Shown here: piece by piece, positions 37,446-52,134 of the stretch
Layout: each line of letters opens with the position of its first letter
Position numbering within the stretch: the first letter of the stretch is position 1
NCBI GenBank assembly: GCA_047495785.1
Contig: JBLDXI010000001.1
Location: forward strand, 1,860,001-1,924,000
DNA length: 64,000 bases
Reading direction: 5' to 3'
Origin: Lepidodermella squamata
Taxonomy: Eukaryota > Animalia > Gastrotricha
The notes under the pieces: model-generated
Told to the model about the DNA's origin: nothing
What the model saw: only the letters and a program-made list of their open reading frames with translations
The model's database searches: none
Made by a program: the position numbers and the translations under genes

Positions 37446-40400
37446 GGCGACTAAATGTAGTACTCGGCAAGGTGTTGGAAAAAATCGAGGCTCGCCGGTG
37501 TTTGCACGCGCTGCTTGCCGCTTTTTCGGCTAGTTAGGGCAGCGGTTGCTGAGTGTGAATTAATAATTGTAATTAAGACGACTTTACACCGCAGTTATTG
37601 ACGTGGCCAGCTTTGACAAGTGGCTTCGCGGTGGCGGCGAGGCGTCACTTTGTGGTGATAATAATGACGCCATTCTCGCATACAGGTATTTTTATATTAT
37701 TATTATATGTTGCAACAAAATAGAAATGTCGCGCGGCTAATAAACTCGGTCTCTAGAGTGAGCCGAAACACTGTGATGTTTTTAACACCGCAAACGGCTC
37801 TGTGCGAATTTTCACCAGGTAGTAGTCGTAGTAGTAGTAGTAACTTTGCACATCTCTGTGCCGGTTGTTTTGTTGTGTTTGTTGCTTTTAGTCTCCAATA
37901 ATAATCATAGCAATAATAGGCTACACACTATAGCCGTCACCTAATAAAATAATGATGCAAAAAGGTTTATACAAACAATATAAAGATGAATTATATTACG
38001 CGTGTAGCAAGGAAAAATGAGATCGAGATATGCTCTCGACCTGTAGTGAGAGAAAGAAAGCGCGATTTTTATGTGTAATTTCACCCTGGCGCATGTATGA
38101 TGATGGAAGAAAAATAAGACGACGCGATTATTCGCACCGACCGGTAATAAGGAACAATGTTATTATAGCCAGTTGGTGTTGGTCAAAAGCAGCTGCAGCG
38201 GGAGAAAAATGTCTACATATAAACACTATATCACCGGACGACATCCGCGATTCACACTATACGCGCGGGTAGTACCTATAAAAAAAGTTATTCTACATTA
38301 TACCGCGCGCACGAGCCAAAACCCGAACGAGCCCGCGCGCGCGTAAATAACATGACGGCGCTGCTTTTTTTACGATGATGTTTTTAACCACCGATGATGT
38401 ATGCACGAACTCGGGAAATATCCACCTTTGATAACGCAGCCCGCATTTTAAACCCGAGGGATGTTGACCGCAAGAAGCCGTTAATTTGTTCAATAATATT
38501 TGTAATGAGTTGCTATCAACATGAAACCGGATGTTTTGTGTTTTACACAACATCATATGTAGATATCATCAAAGCAAACAAGCGCAGGTGGAATATTTTA
38601 CGCATGCTAAGCCAAAAAATGCTTGATATATAACGTAGCTGGCTGTAAAATTTGTTCCAAGTCGAAAAGCGTTAAGTAATATATAGGAAGCGATAATTCA
38701 CGACGCGAAACTTTTCTTCGCAGCTGCGGTTGCGGAAAGTTGGCGGGCTTTTGCATGCATGGCTGAATGATGAATCGCCATCGCTGGGGTCACTTGCCAA
38801 AACAAGCGCCTGCGTGGATACATATACACTGGATTTTGACGCGTCGGTATATTTATCGTATTATTCTATTATTTATAATGAATTATATTGCAAGCAGAAT
38901 AATTTTATGATATGCGAGAGCGCGTGCGAGGAAAAAGGCACCGCTCATTCATTCAGCATCCGTGGCGCATGTCGACTTGTTATGAGAGATGAGTGATGAT
39001 AACATCTCGTCACTTATTTTCCGGCTACTACATAGACGCTGAAGGAGAAGAAGAAGAATGAGTCTGAAGACTGATGAATTGGGCCGCGGCGTGTAAAAAC
39101 ACGCGAAAAAATTGTTCACGGCACAACTACTTGCGCATCCTGCTGAGAAGATGTAGAATTAAGCAATTCTTGAGTAAACTGAATTACAAGAATTGACGCC
39201 GAGCCGTATTATTTCATTAGAAAAACAGACGCGTTATATCACTATATCATACCTAATTTTTCAATTCATTTCGCTGCAAAAATAATATTTCCCGCTTCTG
39301 AATCGCAAATATTTTATTTACGACAAACAACTTTCCGCACACATGCACATTGCGGAGGGCTCTTGACACGTGCGCTGCCCAAAAGGTATATGACAGGAAT
39401 AGTAATAATAATAATGAAATGTTTTGCAAAACAACTACTACAGGTGCCGCGTGCAATATGATATTTCGCCGAGTTGAAATAAAAAACCAAATAATATAAA
39501 GGGACAACAGGTTAGGATTAAGCGTCGATTTTGACGGCGCAACTTCTCGGACTGAGAGCAAAAATTATAATTTACTCGGCCGCGCGATACATCACCGTGC
39601 GCATTTTTCGCATGGCTCGATGGACTTTCAGCTGCTGCTGCTGCATTATTGACAAACGAAGCGCCCTCTCTTGCAAAATAATAATCGCTGCTGGATATAT
39701 CGATTATTTTTCTGTGTCGTCGCCGTGTGCTACGTCGATGTTGATGTGCTGGCTATTATTTAGCATATTGGCAGGAGTATTATTATTTTGCTTCATGCAT
39801 AAAACATTCAGAAAAAGCGAGCGGAATATTATTAAAATTTAGGCCCTTCTAAAATAACAATAACTTTTATTGACGAGTGGTCATTATCAGCTCGCGGCGG
39901 TTTATAGGAAGAAGAATTGTCATTCCTACAAGTATTTGACACTAAAAGTGACTGTCCAGCCGATTATATTACGATAACTTTTTCGAACAATAGCAACGAA
40001 ATGCGAAAATATATTTTCGATGGAAAATTGAATTTCTAAAACCTGATTCTTTTATAGGGCCAATTTAATAGAGCGAAGACCGGTTGCTAAGCCATCATAT
40101 TATGATATATTGGCGTTATAATAATCTGCCGGCTCTCGGAGATGCTGTTTCCCACGCGCTTTTGATGCGTGTACTAAAAAAGTACCGAGCGGAACGGCAG
40201 CGGTGGCGGCGGCGGCAGCAGTAAAGCCAGCCGCCTTAATATAAACAGCAGCGACGTGAGAAAATCGCGCACGATTCATCGCTCTTTAATGGCAGAGAAA
40301 CAACGGGTGTCGGCTGTGTTTGTGTTTTATTCCAACGCAATAATGCTATTAATTCGCATTATGAAAATAATAATAATAAAACTGCTACGTGATGATGTAT

Positions 40401-41656
40401 CGCCTTGAATCGATGCACAAGACACGTGCAAAAAAATCATCACGCTTCAGTGTAAAATAGAAAAACGTTAAAATGACCAACGACGGGAATACAAAAGTAC
40501 CCATGGAAAATCCCAGCGCGGCATTTCCGATTTAAATGTCCTTGTGCCTAAGAATCTCGCCCTCAAAAAGACGTTTTTTTGTCATTCTCGTGTTTTATTT
40601 GTCGGAATTATCATTTATTTTTCTTCATCATCGAATCATTATATTGCGACAAAGTAACGCAAAAAAGCGGAAATATTGCGGCTAAAAATAAAACGGAGAC
40701 AACATAGCCGTAGCCAAGACACTTCATAAACAGTTCTTGGTGCTATTTCCCAATCGAAAAATATGTCATTTATGTTTTTTTTAGCGTACAGCAGTGCAAT
40801 CACAGCCATTTAACGACATGGACAAGACGTCATAGTATATATAGAATTATTACGCGATTTTCTTGCAGTTTTTCATTCATGGAAGAAATCGAAATAAAAA
40901 AATTATCATTCTTTGCCACTATTCTATAATAGTTTCACAAATTTACTACGAAAGCACGAATTTACACATCTTCAAGTTGGATTTGGTTAAAGCTATTCAA
41001 TGTGGCATTGTCCGACGAGACACCGGCCGAGAAATCGTGTGTTTGTTTCGCACAAAAAATTATCGGGATCGACATTTGACACTCAGAATAATTGACAAAT
41101 AATAAGTCATATCATAGTGAATATTGGAAGAGGCAGAAAAATATCTCCCAGTAATTCAATAATAAAAGGGCATTGCGTCAAAAATAATAAAATTCACACA
41201 AAATTTACTCATCAAAATACAACGAGATTTTACCCAGCACCACGATAATAATAAAGATAATACAAGATTATGACTGAGGATATTCATAAGATGGAATTTC
41301 CAGATAAACTGAGACAAGAGAAAGAGGTTAGAAAACGACTGATCCCAGCTACCATATGACAAGATATTTGAGTGAAAAGCGCCACGATTAGACAAAAGTA
41401 TCACAACATTGAAGGTAAACAGACACCGACTAGATCACCGAACTCAATTTCAAAAAGCTGCCTTCACCCCGACCTCCTTAAAAATTCGCCGAAAAGAAAT
41501 AAGTTGGAAATAGCAAATTAAAGCTCGAAAGTTGATTCAAGGAGGACGAGCAACTCACAGCCTAGGAAATTTTTCAAGAGCCTCCTTAAAAATATGACTA
41601 ATAACTTTAGAGTGAGATCCACACAGAAAAAATAACGAGTAATATAATACACAGTA

Positions 41657-43888
41657 TCAATTGCTTGGTGCCTCAGGGTTCAGCTCGTTTGTCGTGATTG
41701 TTCCATAGCCAGATGGGGTTGAAAACGACGTGGTCGAGCTGTTGTTGCCATTTTCAGTGGTGTTGCATCCGCTGTCGTTGTTGTCGAAAGCCGCGTTGTC
41801 TTGCGGTGTCGCAGCGCGCTTTGTAGGTGGGGTTGTTTTCGGCGAGGTTGACTGCAGTGGGATTGTGTCTTCCTGCGGCATAGCCCAGCTTTGACGCTCG
41901 CCTGAACCGAAAAATAGGAAGAGCACGGCGGCGAGGCCGAGCAGTCCTGCAGTCACACCGAACATCAAACTCCAACCAGCAAGCGACTGAAAAAATGAAA
42001 TTTTTAAACCAATTCGTTTGAAACTTTTCCTGATTTACATTCACGCTGTTTTTCTCAATTCTCTCTTCGTAGCATATAAATTGCTGCTGGGTTTGTTTAC
42101 TGCATTTATTTTAAAGTGGGCAGTTTATTCACAAATACCCAGTGGTGGCAAATGGATCACACGCATGTATCGTTTTCAATTTAATTTCTCCAAGTTAAGA
42201 GAGATATGAATTGCCGTCTTATTGATTATGTAGGGCACGTCGGCATGCGACGCCAAAAACTAATGGATATTGTCAAATCTCCAAATGAATTAATATCGAT
42301 TTTAAACGCATCGAGACGACGCAGACGATATTATGACCAAAATACTTTGAAATTGCCAAACAAGAAATTTGGTCAAATTTTTAACCCGGTGAAAACTCAT
42401 TCATAATGAGGTGACTTTCAAGTGATCAACTTCAATGCTCATATTTGGGCGCCCACTTATTGTTTACTTAGCTGACAGTAAACTATTAGCCAGCAATAAA
42501 ATTGAATGAAAAATTGGACAAAAATTTCCACTATTAAAATGCTGAAATTCGATAACTTACATGAGGAGTGACTAGAAAGCCGATTAAAAGCGGGCTGATA
42601 ACACCGCCAACGGTGCCAATAGTCACAGACATGGCGACGAGAACGCCACTGAACGCGGGAGCCAGATCGAGATGGTTAACTTGCCAACCAGAGGCCGAAA
42701 ATCCGAACAGGCCAACGGCGACGGTCAAAAACGCGACCGCCTCCGGGCCAGTTTCGGCGAAAGCAAGGCAAATGAAGAATATCGCAGATCCGAAAAATCC
42801 GAGGGAATTGAACAATTTACGAACGTTGGTCGTTGACCAGGTACAGCCGATTTTATCAGCCAATGGTCCACTCAGGAAGACGGTGCAGACAAGGAAAATG
42901 TGTGGAAGAGTTGAAACGAAGCCGTTAACCGAGTGGCTGAATTCGAAATTCTTTAAATAAAGCGATTGACTAGTTAACAGGAAGTAATAAGTCCAGTTTC
43001 TGGCAAAATTGCAGGCGCATAGGGACCAAACAGGCATAGATGTAAAAATATCTCGCCACGGAATCCGAATATTTTTCCCGCTGGCTTTCAATCGATAGCT
43101 ATCATTAATCAATTTAGCTTCGGATTCCAGGATCGTCGGGTGTAGATGAGGTGACTCGTGAACAGTAAATGTGAAGAAGATGCACCAAATGTACAACGCC
43201 GCACTTGTCAACCAGAAAATTACACGCCAATCCCAGGAAATAATGGCGCCTCCCAACAGGTAACCGGCGATAGGTCCACTGTAGACGCCGGCGAATACGA
43301 GCGCGCCGAATCTTCCTGTTTCCATCTGCGGTACCCATTTACCCATTAGTGCGTAACAGCACGGCATGACTGCAGACTCAAATGCACCTTGGATCACACG
43401 CAAAGTAGTTGTGGTCCAAAAGAATAACAAAGCGTCTTCATAATCACTTTTAACAACCTGAATGAAATAAATATATAGAATCGAACGGGAAAAGTTAAGT
43501 TGATCTTTACCTTGTCTAGAAGTATTGGGATGAAGTTGTTGATCGTTGCGGACATGAAAGCTCCAGCGACGAAAACCAGGCGCGTTTCAATTTTCATCGC
43601 GATGAATCCGGCGGGTATGTGCACTAAAACAAGGCCAACGTAGAATGCCGAGTTCAGAATCCCTACACGAGGTCCTGTTAACACACTGGCACCAGTTATC
43701 GGAGCAGGTGTGGTTGTAAAATTGGAGAATCGTACAGCTGGCCTTTTAGCAGTGAAGGAATCGACGATCGCCACTTCAGCAACGCCGAGATTAGTGCGCA
43801 TGACGTGTACTAGAAGCATGCCCAGAGCCAAGAGCGAAATAACTCCAAATCGCTTCGGAATCATCGCGCAATGAACGCTCGAGGTCAT
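41657..43888 (-). CDS. SLC17-family MFS anion transporter (VGLUT/sialin-like), 3 exons
   Basis: MRTNLGVA, LRVIQGAFE, KWVPQMETG, IPWRDIFTSMPVW, TTNVRKLFNSLGF, VNHLDLAP, FGSGERQSWA. Confidence 0.9.
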
Positions 43889-45118
43889 CTCAAGGCCTCA
43901 GCTTTGAAATGCAGTTAGATTAAAAACGTGCCGATAGACAAGAGAAATTAAATGCGACTATAAATGTAAAAAGAAACGTCATCAAATGAAATCGGAATGC
44001 CTTTTCCCTGGATACAAGATATAATGTGGAATGTTTAATCAGGAAATATGCCAGAGGGCGCGCGCAAACGAATAGGTGGGTGACAACAAGATGTACGTTA
44101 CCATGTGTTATTGCGGAATTAATGAAAAAATAAGTAGTTTACACAGCAACTACTCGTTGACCTGGTAGATAACTCGCTCAAAGGCTCATCGGTAGGGATT
44201 GCTAAACGCTAGGAAATACATACAGAAAAATTCACAAAAGAATGGTAAGAGATAAGAGAGTCTCATTTTTGCCATGTCGCCAGCTAGAAAGGTTCGTGCT
44301 AGTGGTCTCAAGTATCAACTCTCCACACAAGAAAGAAGCTCTTATTTTGGGGTAGATTGGAGACTAGAGATGCGCTATGCGCCATAATTCATAACTCCAC
44401 GACCTCTTACCTCCGTCCTCATCGAGCAGAAAAGCGCCCCAACGGCTAGCCATAGGAACTAGAGTGCTACTTTCTGGTGTGACCAGCATGCCCCGCCCTT
44501 ATTTGCGGTCTTTTGTGTCTCGGAACATAACGTACCAAATACCAAATAGCATCTAGCATCTGGACGATTTGAAGATACTCTGAGAGAGCTCATCGATCAT
44601 AGCGTGGGCGGGTTAACGAGACTTTTGGCTCCGAACACGGCGGCCAAAAATCAGCTGAAAAATCCCACGAAAAACTTGGCCCCTAGTTTGAAGCGCTATC
44701 TGCTTATCACGTAATTAACATGCATTATTTTGCTGCCCGACTCTAATCTGCGTCAATATTCTTAATTCAACACGGCGAGTATTAATGTTAAGAATTATAT
44801 TAAAAGGTACAAAGGGTTACTGCCCCCTTTGAGTGCTCGTACCGCGGGATGAGGCTGGAATTGCGATCCACGTCACGTCACGAAACCTAGTTCTGACGTC
44901 GTGCTTCATTCATGGCCACGCCATATAGCACAGACGCAGTCCTTACGGCCTGCGAACTTTTGGATTTGGATTTTGGATATAGAAGAACGAAAAACACGAT
45001 TTTTTCAATCAAGTTATTCCTGGTTTATTGTTCACTGCTGGGTGTTTGGCCGCTGCATTTTGGGCGCCTTACAACTTGCCAACTTTGATTTTAGAAATAC
45101 GGAAGATATATAATAATT

Positions 45119-46502
45119 ATGTCCGCTTCTCGCTTTCTGAAAATCGGAACTCATAATGGAACTTTCCACTGCGACGAAGTTATGGCCTGTTTCATGCTGA
45201 AACAGCTTCCTGAATTCAAAGATGCCGCAATCATTCGGTATGTCATGACTTTTCTTGAATATGTGAATATGGACTCTTTAACATCCGATGCGGTTCTGTT
45301 TTACTAGCACCCGAGACGAGGAACTTCTTAAAACCTGTGATATCGGTAAGTTGTAAATTGTTTTTCGTAAATTCGCAATAATTTCCTCACTTATCCTTAA
45401 AAGTTGTCGACGTTGGAGGTATTTTTGATGCGGAGAAGAAGCGGTTCGATCATCATCAGCGGTATGGATTTTGTTATTAGATCAGTTAGCGCACTTCTAA
45501 TATTAATTAATGTTAGATCCTTCACTGACACCATGAATTCTCTTAACTCAGCATATAAATGGACCACGAAGCTGAGTAGCGCTGGTCTTGTCTATTATCA
45601 TTTCGGGCATCGAATTATTGCCGGTTGGTTGCTCATTTTAACACATGGGTTGATGTGAATTTCTATTCGAACAAGCAGAAGTTTTGAATATGCCGAAAGA
45701 CTCAATCAACGTTCAAAAGATTTTCGCGAAAGTCTACGAGAACTTCATTGAAGAACTCGATGCCATTGACAATGGCGTTGAGCAATGTGCAAGCGAACCT
45801 CGGTTAGCATAGGTGGATTTTTCAGAGCTATTTCTACTTCGACATTTTTTAGTTATCACATCAGCACGCACTTGTCCGCTCGGATCGGTCGGTTGAATCC
45901 TCCATGGAACGAAAAAGTCAAGGATGAAGATGTGAGTTTCTTGCAGCGAAGTGAACCGTCTCGTAAATGGTTTGTTTTAGGCTCTGTTTCAAAAAGCTAT
46001 GACCGTAGCTGGCGAGGAGTTTATTGATCGTCTACGCTGGTATGCTAAGTCGTGGATTCCTGCCCGAGATATTGTCATGGAAGCAGTGAAACGACGGAGC
46101 CAGGTTGGACTTGCGTAAACACAACTTGAAACCTCATTCTTTTCATCTTTCTATTAGGTTGATGCTTCAGAGGAAATTATCGCCTTGGAAAATGGTGGAT
46201 GCCCATGGAAAGATCACATCTACGAAATCGAAGAGGAACTCGATTTGAAGAAAAGCATTAAATTTATTATCTACCCTGATCAATCAGAATCTTGGCGCGT
46301 TCAATGCGTCAACATTAGACCCGGCTCTTTCCATTCTCGCGTCCCACTGCCCGAACAATGGCGTGGTCTTCGTGATAAAGCTCTCGCAACTCTTACCGGT
46401 CTGGATGACGCAATTTTCATTCATGCTACTGGTTTTATCGGAGGAGCGAAATCGCGTCAGTCAGCTCTCGCCATGGCTAAAGCTGCTCTCGAACAGGTGT
46501 AA
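45119..46502 (+). CDS. MYG1: MYG1 exonuclease, multi-exon
   Basis: [54 protein letters not shown]. Confidence 0.95.
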
Positions 46503-46929
46503 ATATCTTCGACAGATTATTTTCTAAGCCAACAAGCCTCAGTATGCCTCATGATTCATTGCCGAAAACAACAAAATCTGCTTATAATTTAGATGAATAT
46601 TATGTTTACTCCAAATTAACCGGTGTTTCTCTAAATGTGCTATTTTTCTATGTTATTGTTGTCTCTAGAAAAAGAAATCTGAAGAGGAAATCGTCAACGG
46701 AGAACATTGAAGTGGAGACCCAGTGATGCGCAAGTAACTTCTGCTGAAAATAGTAATATCGAATATTATTATCACCATATTATCATGTTTGAGTTGATGA
46801 TCGCGAAATACGTGCGTTTTACGCCCAAAATTTTTGCTGAAATGAATTTCTGAAATTCAAATTGTGCTCTTTTTTCTAGTTTTCTTAAATTTTGCTCACC
46901 ATCCAATAATTTAACGGAAGTCTTTCAAA

Positions 46930-47507
46930 ATGCTGCCAGTTTCCGACATGCAAAGTGAGTTTTATTGTTTTTTCCGATCCCTTTTAAATTTTTGCAATTT
47001 TTTCCCTAGAAATCGGCATAGGCCTAACGAGTTTTGGCGTGGCGTTTCTCTTCCTCGGAATTGTTTTGTTTTTCGACCGAGGCTTGTTAGCTATTGGAAA
47101 TGTAATAATTTTTTCTTGAATATTTTTTTATAACAATTTTGAATTTATTAGCTTCTCTTTATTTGTGGATTGGCTTTTGTGACTGGCCTCGAACGAACAT
47201 TTCGATTCTTTTTCCAACGCCGTAAAGCGAAAGCGACCGGCTGCTTTTTCTGTGGAATCGTCCTAGTATTAATCGGCTGGCCGTTTTGCGGCATGTGCCT
47301 CGAATTATACGGCATGTTTTTGCTATTCAGCGGCTTTCTCCCCGTCATTATCAGCTTCATTCGTCGAATTCCTGTGATTGGCTCGATTTTCAACCTTCCA
47401 GTTATTAATAGGGTAAACATTCAGTTTTTGTGGAATTTAAAAAATTGTTAATGGTAACTTTTTGTCAGCTAGTTGATCGACTATGCGAGCCAAAGTACAA
47501 CATCTGA
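46930..47507 (+). CDS. GOLT1: Golgi transport protein Got1/GOLT1 (4 exons)
   Basis: [53 protein letters not shown]; last exon [15 protein letters not shown]. Confidence 0.93.
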
Positions 47508-49465
47508 GGACACGGCGTTCTAATATTTGTTCACTCCATTTGTCATCAGTCAGTGTCGTTTCTATGAATGAATCACAAAAGAACCTCTTCGCTGTTTCTC
47601 TCATGTGCAACAACGGTGATAACGCGTTGCTGATATTTTCATCAATCGACTACATATATTAAGCTTGACTTCCTTCACTACAGAAAAACTGGGCCCTGGT
47701 CATCATTTATTATGTCAGTGTAAATGAAGGGACTAAGAATTATTCGGATATTTCACAGCATGTAATGAAAAATCTTCTATGGTTGCTGACTTTGTACAGA
47801 TTACGGTCGCGTATAGTAATTATTATATATAATCTATACTGTTGTGGCAATTTTGTGTTTCACCAGGTGAGAAGAATGAAAATGTCTGCGACAGATGGAA
47901 GTTTTATTTGAATTGGAGGATGTAATAAAACTGTGATGAAATGTTCAAGGAACCTACTAGTGCGTTTTTTGTTTGCATTTTTTGCGGTCAGTCCGGCTGT
48001 CGTGCAGTTGATGCGGCCATACCGGCTGCGTTCAAATGAGGTGTAGTCGGTGGAGGCGTGTAATACCTACTCATCGGGGCATCTTGTAGCGGTGACCTTT
48101 TACACGTTTTTTTCGGCGCCTAATTTCCACGTTGTTAAATGACGTCACTTCGGCAAAAACTTCAAAGATCAACCTTATCACAGAGAGTGTCTGCAGCGGA
48201 AAATTAATAATTTGAATATTCAGAACCTTACCGTAACACAAGCAAACCATTTTGCAGCAGGATAAAATTGTAATACATAAGTTTTTCCGACAACGCGTTG
48301 GTATGACTTGGGGTTAGTTGCATGGCGGAAATATTTTTCTGCGGGGGCAAACATATTTCTGTGCAGCATTTCTAGGGGTTCAGGGGGCGTAGATCACGAT
48401 TTTGAACCCTGTCTCTATCTGTCACCGTTAAGACTGCGAAAAGTGGTCGAAATTACCGTATCCACCCAGCTGATTTCACGCAATTTTCGACCCTTTTCGA
48501 CCTTATATCCTATATCATATACTTTCAACTTCGGTCTATCAAGTCTTTCAAGTCTATTCGAGGATGTAACAGCTAAAAAAATTAAAAAAGCACACAGGAT
48601 AAGAATGATGAATTTAGGTCCCCGACGTAAAAGCTGGACCCTGCGACGAAAATATGGTGGAAAGCTGGACTATATTTTTATGGCCCGAATTTCTTTCGGA
48701 TTTACATTCGCGCAATATTAGATTGTAAATTACCGGCATAATTCTCATTCAACGCGAGAAAGTTAAGAACCAGATGCCAGCAGGAAACAACATGTTCTAG
48801 ATCTTGGCCTTAGATCAGGGCTTCTCAGCACCTATTCCAAAACTCTTACCAGGCTGCGAACCCTAGCGAATTGCATTTATTACCGTTGTTCAGTGTGGGA
48901 AAAATATCCTACAATTTCCGAAAATTCTGCGCCCAACCATAGTTCTCATAGGTATGTAACTCATAGTTTACATCAATTATTGTTATAATTTTTGTGAGTT
49001 TTCCATCAACTTCAACCGCTCTCAACAGCATTTTCAGCCGGTTTTCAGTTGAATAACGTGGAACGCTATTTTGGAGATTTTTGCGGAGAGTAACCATAAA
49101 GGAACCAAATCTCCGAACTTGTTTATTGTTATGAATTTCATCAGGCGACCCTCGCGACTCCGAGCTGGCTCGGCGACCCCCTGTTTGAGAAGGCTTAGTT
49201 GAGACGAAGTGAAGCTACCGTGAAGACCGCTTTCCTTTCAAATACAAAGGTTATTTTTCACCTTTCAGCTTATATCGAATTTTACATTGCAAACAATACT
49301 TTCCATCATCTCATCAAATCCTCGAAATTCCGTTTTATTCGGGATAGCTGGCTTGGAATCTCCTCCTCGTTCTCGCTCGTTTTAGCTAAGAATGAACGCG
49401 CGACCTTTTGCTTCATAACATTTTCACAGAAATATTTCTTTATTTAATTTCACATTTTTCTGACT

Positions 49466-50620
49466 TCAAGAAAAATACTTATTGCAGGTTATAATGATAA
49501 AAGAAAGCAAATTCAGCGTAATGGTGATAATAGCGGTCGATCTAAATATCCACTTATCAAAAAAGGTCATGTTGAGACATTTAGAGTTCAGCTTCAATTT
49601 TTTGACATATCTCAGCAAGCTCAGGGACGCAGCGGCGTAAATTGTGATGAGTGAACCAATAAAAATTTGACAAATTAGCGCAACGGCCATGACGACGAAT
49701 TGCGAAGTCTGTGGGATTTGCTCGTCGATAGCAGCTTTGAGCACGCCGAATGCTAGAACGCAGGTGATTGCAAATGAAGCTCGTTCTGTTTTGTTGTAGG
49801 GCAAGGCAAAAACAGCCAGTTGGACAATACTCAACAGGTAAAACGGCATCATAATCGACAGAACGAAATGTTCAGGTCTACGTCGAAATAATAGGGTGAA
49901 TTTGACAGATGAGATGGACATGGTACTTTTTCCAGATCCGGCCATTTCAACGCAATCATTATTTGTCGTTTCTTGCCCTGTTAATTCCCAAATACCGTTG
50001 TTGCTCAAAAATTCTGACCCGATCTCGCCGATTATTAGTTCAATTTCATCGAATTTAGTCTGCCTGCAGCTGTCGAACATCATGAAAGAAAAATCGCACC
50101 GTTGCCGGTCGAATGGGAAGTAACGGTGGTCTAATGGGCATAGGGTGGTCAGAACGCTGGCAGCAGGGTACCACGTCACGAGGCCGGATTCGTCAACCTC
50201 AACGTTTTTATAGTTACGCTCCGTAATCTGGCCCATGATCTCGTAGACACTATCAGCACTATTTTGATGCAATATCGACGGAACGTAGACGTCATTCTCA
50301 GCCAGGGTCATGAGTTTGATGTGGCGAAACTGCGGCATATCTTCCCAAGATAGAAATTTGTCGACCCAGCTCAGCCATATGTAGACTTGAACGGCTAGGG
50401 TTTGCTGCAATTCGTCCATTTCCAAGAAGGTGAATGCCTGAAATGTCATGTTAACGAGTAAAGTTTCGTTCATGAAAGTTGTGGGCCGATCGAAACTAGT
50501 AATTCCAAATCCTGACCGGCGGTTGAAAATAGCATTTCTGAGAGATGCTGCTTCGTTAACAGCGTTACTCATTGTAAAGAGTTGGCTGATCATCAGCAAA
50601 GAAATCTGAATTAGCCACAT
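49466..50620 (-). CDS. Intronless Cys-loop ligand-gated ion channel subunit (divergent nAChR-like, non-alpha)
   Basis: Signal peptide, WVDKFLSW, Cys-loop CPLDHRYFPFDRQRC, four transmembrane segments, M2 starting at TERASFAIT. Confidence 0.9.
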   Translation of the reverse strand: MWLIQISLLMISQLFTMSNAVNEAASLRNAIFNRRSGFGITSFDRPTTFMNETLLVNMTFQAFTFLEMDELQQTLAVQVYIWLSWVDKFLSWEDMPQFRHIKLMTLAENDVYVPSILHQNSADSVYEIMGQITERNYKNVEVDESGLVTWYPAASVLTTLCPLDHRYFPFDRQRCDFSFMMFDSCRQTKFDEIELIIGEIGSEFLSNNGIWELTGQETTNNDCVEMAGSGKSTMSISSVKFTLLFRRRPEHFVLSIMMPFYLLSIVQLAVFALPYNKTERASFAITCVLAFGVLKAAIDEQIPQTSQFVVMAVALICQIFIGSLITIYAAASLSLLRYVKKLKLNSKCLNMTFFDKWIFRSTAIITITLNLLSFIIITCNKYFS

Positions 50621-51764
50621 TACGGAAGGCTAAATAGCGTGGGTATAAAATGCAACCGAAAACCGAGTCTTAAGCAAGTTTTTTTTGACGTATTGAGTAT
50701 TGACGTTGGCATTTCCCAACTAAGAGAAGCACTTTCTGCTAACGGTATACTTCAGAAAGCTGAGTAAACACAACGCCAGATTTAATATACATGCTTTGCC
50801 ATTCAAGGTAGAGAGGTCATGGGTCATTCTAGCCGGGGGCAGATCATTCGAAACTTATTTTTCTTCTTCGCCATGCCGAAGCAGTTGATGAGCTCAATCT
50901 GTTATTTCGAGGACATCGACTAGGTCAATTTTAAATTGCAATTTTCATAATAATTTTATAATTATTTGACAATGACATATTGATGTACGCTGCGCCTTAA
51001 ACCTGGTTCACCGCAGCAGATCGGGATGATCAATTTTCATGGTGAATCCGTGGTAAAATTGTATGAAAATTAACAGCCTACTTCCATTTCCGGTTAGTAT
51101 AGTTTCCATTTTCATTTCGATTTCCATTCAATATACCTCAATAAAATATGAACAATGTCATGGTGGATCCAATGCTTTCTTTCCAATCGACATATCAATC
51201 ACGGGCCACGGACCCGAATCCTTCGCTCAGTGTAATTAAGAGCCGCCGAATTTGGTGACCTGGAGAAATATTTCAGTGCGTATTTTATTACAGGTTCACT
51301 ATAATAATGTAGCAGCCGCGCACTTATTGCGCGCACTTCGACGTGCGCGCATCGCGAGCTGCCGCAATTTGCTCCTCTCCACATTCAGTTGTGCTCATTT
51401 CACTGCGCGATTACTGTCTGTGTGATGGACTTGGGTTGCTGTTGGGTAGCGATCATTCTGAAAAGTGTCGCTTCACGTTTTCGAAATCGCCCGTGAACGG
51501 GCCTTGCGATTAAGACGCTGAGATTTGTGACTGATGGACAAATAAATTTGAATTTAGAATTTAGATTTTTATGTGTAATTAAATTTCACGGCTTCTACTC
51601 GTTTAATTTATGAATACTTGGGGTTTAATTTCCCCGTGTGATTGGAGTATCAGCGGTCATTTTAGCCTGTTTGCACCATTTTGATAATTTTTTAGCTAGT
51701 GAAAATTGAAGGTATGACGCCACGAGTTCAACGCTTTTGCCGATTGTTATAGTGTCATTTAATT

Positions 51765-51953
51765 GTGTTGCTCATGCTACCGATTAAGGCCTGCCAGACC
51801 CAGGCGCCGTTTAAATGCGAACATTGCAATGCTGATTACTCCAAAAAGGCCCTGCTACGCATTCATCAATTCATCCGCCACGGAATCGGTCGGATGAAGA
51901 TCGGCGCGGCGCAAGAAACAATTCCAGAAGAACACGCTGAATCGAAGTTGTGA
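51765..51953 (+). CDS. Micro C2H2 zinc-finger gene Z0 (last exon; start uncertain)
   Basis: FKCEHCNADYSKKALLRIHQFIRH. Confidence 0.65.
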   Translation: MLLMLPIKACQTQAPFKCEHCNADYSKKALLRIHQFIRHGIGRMKIGAAQETIPEEHAESKL

Positions 51954-52134
51954 AAAGATATATTCCGCATTTTATATGTTGCTCCTTTGTTGCTCTTGAT
52001 TTTGTAACCTTGACCGAATGAAAAAATTCTACCGTTTCTAGCTCGGATCATATGGGAAATTCTTTTTTAATTTTATAATTTAACGGAGGAATTACGAATT
52101 TTTAATTTTGCAAAGATTTTCGCTAATACAAGTG

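Noticed and set aside
37500-41500. Numerous 60-100 aa ORFs
   Set aside because: They show no domain similarity or consistent exon chain; the region looks like regulatory or intergenic DNA.
47695-47740. Possible miRNA or SECIS hairpin in the GOLT1 3' UTR
   Set aside because: The stem is short and bulged, I recognise no mature miRNA, and GOLT1 is already full length at its TGA.
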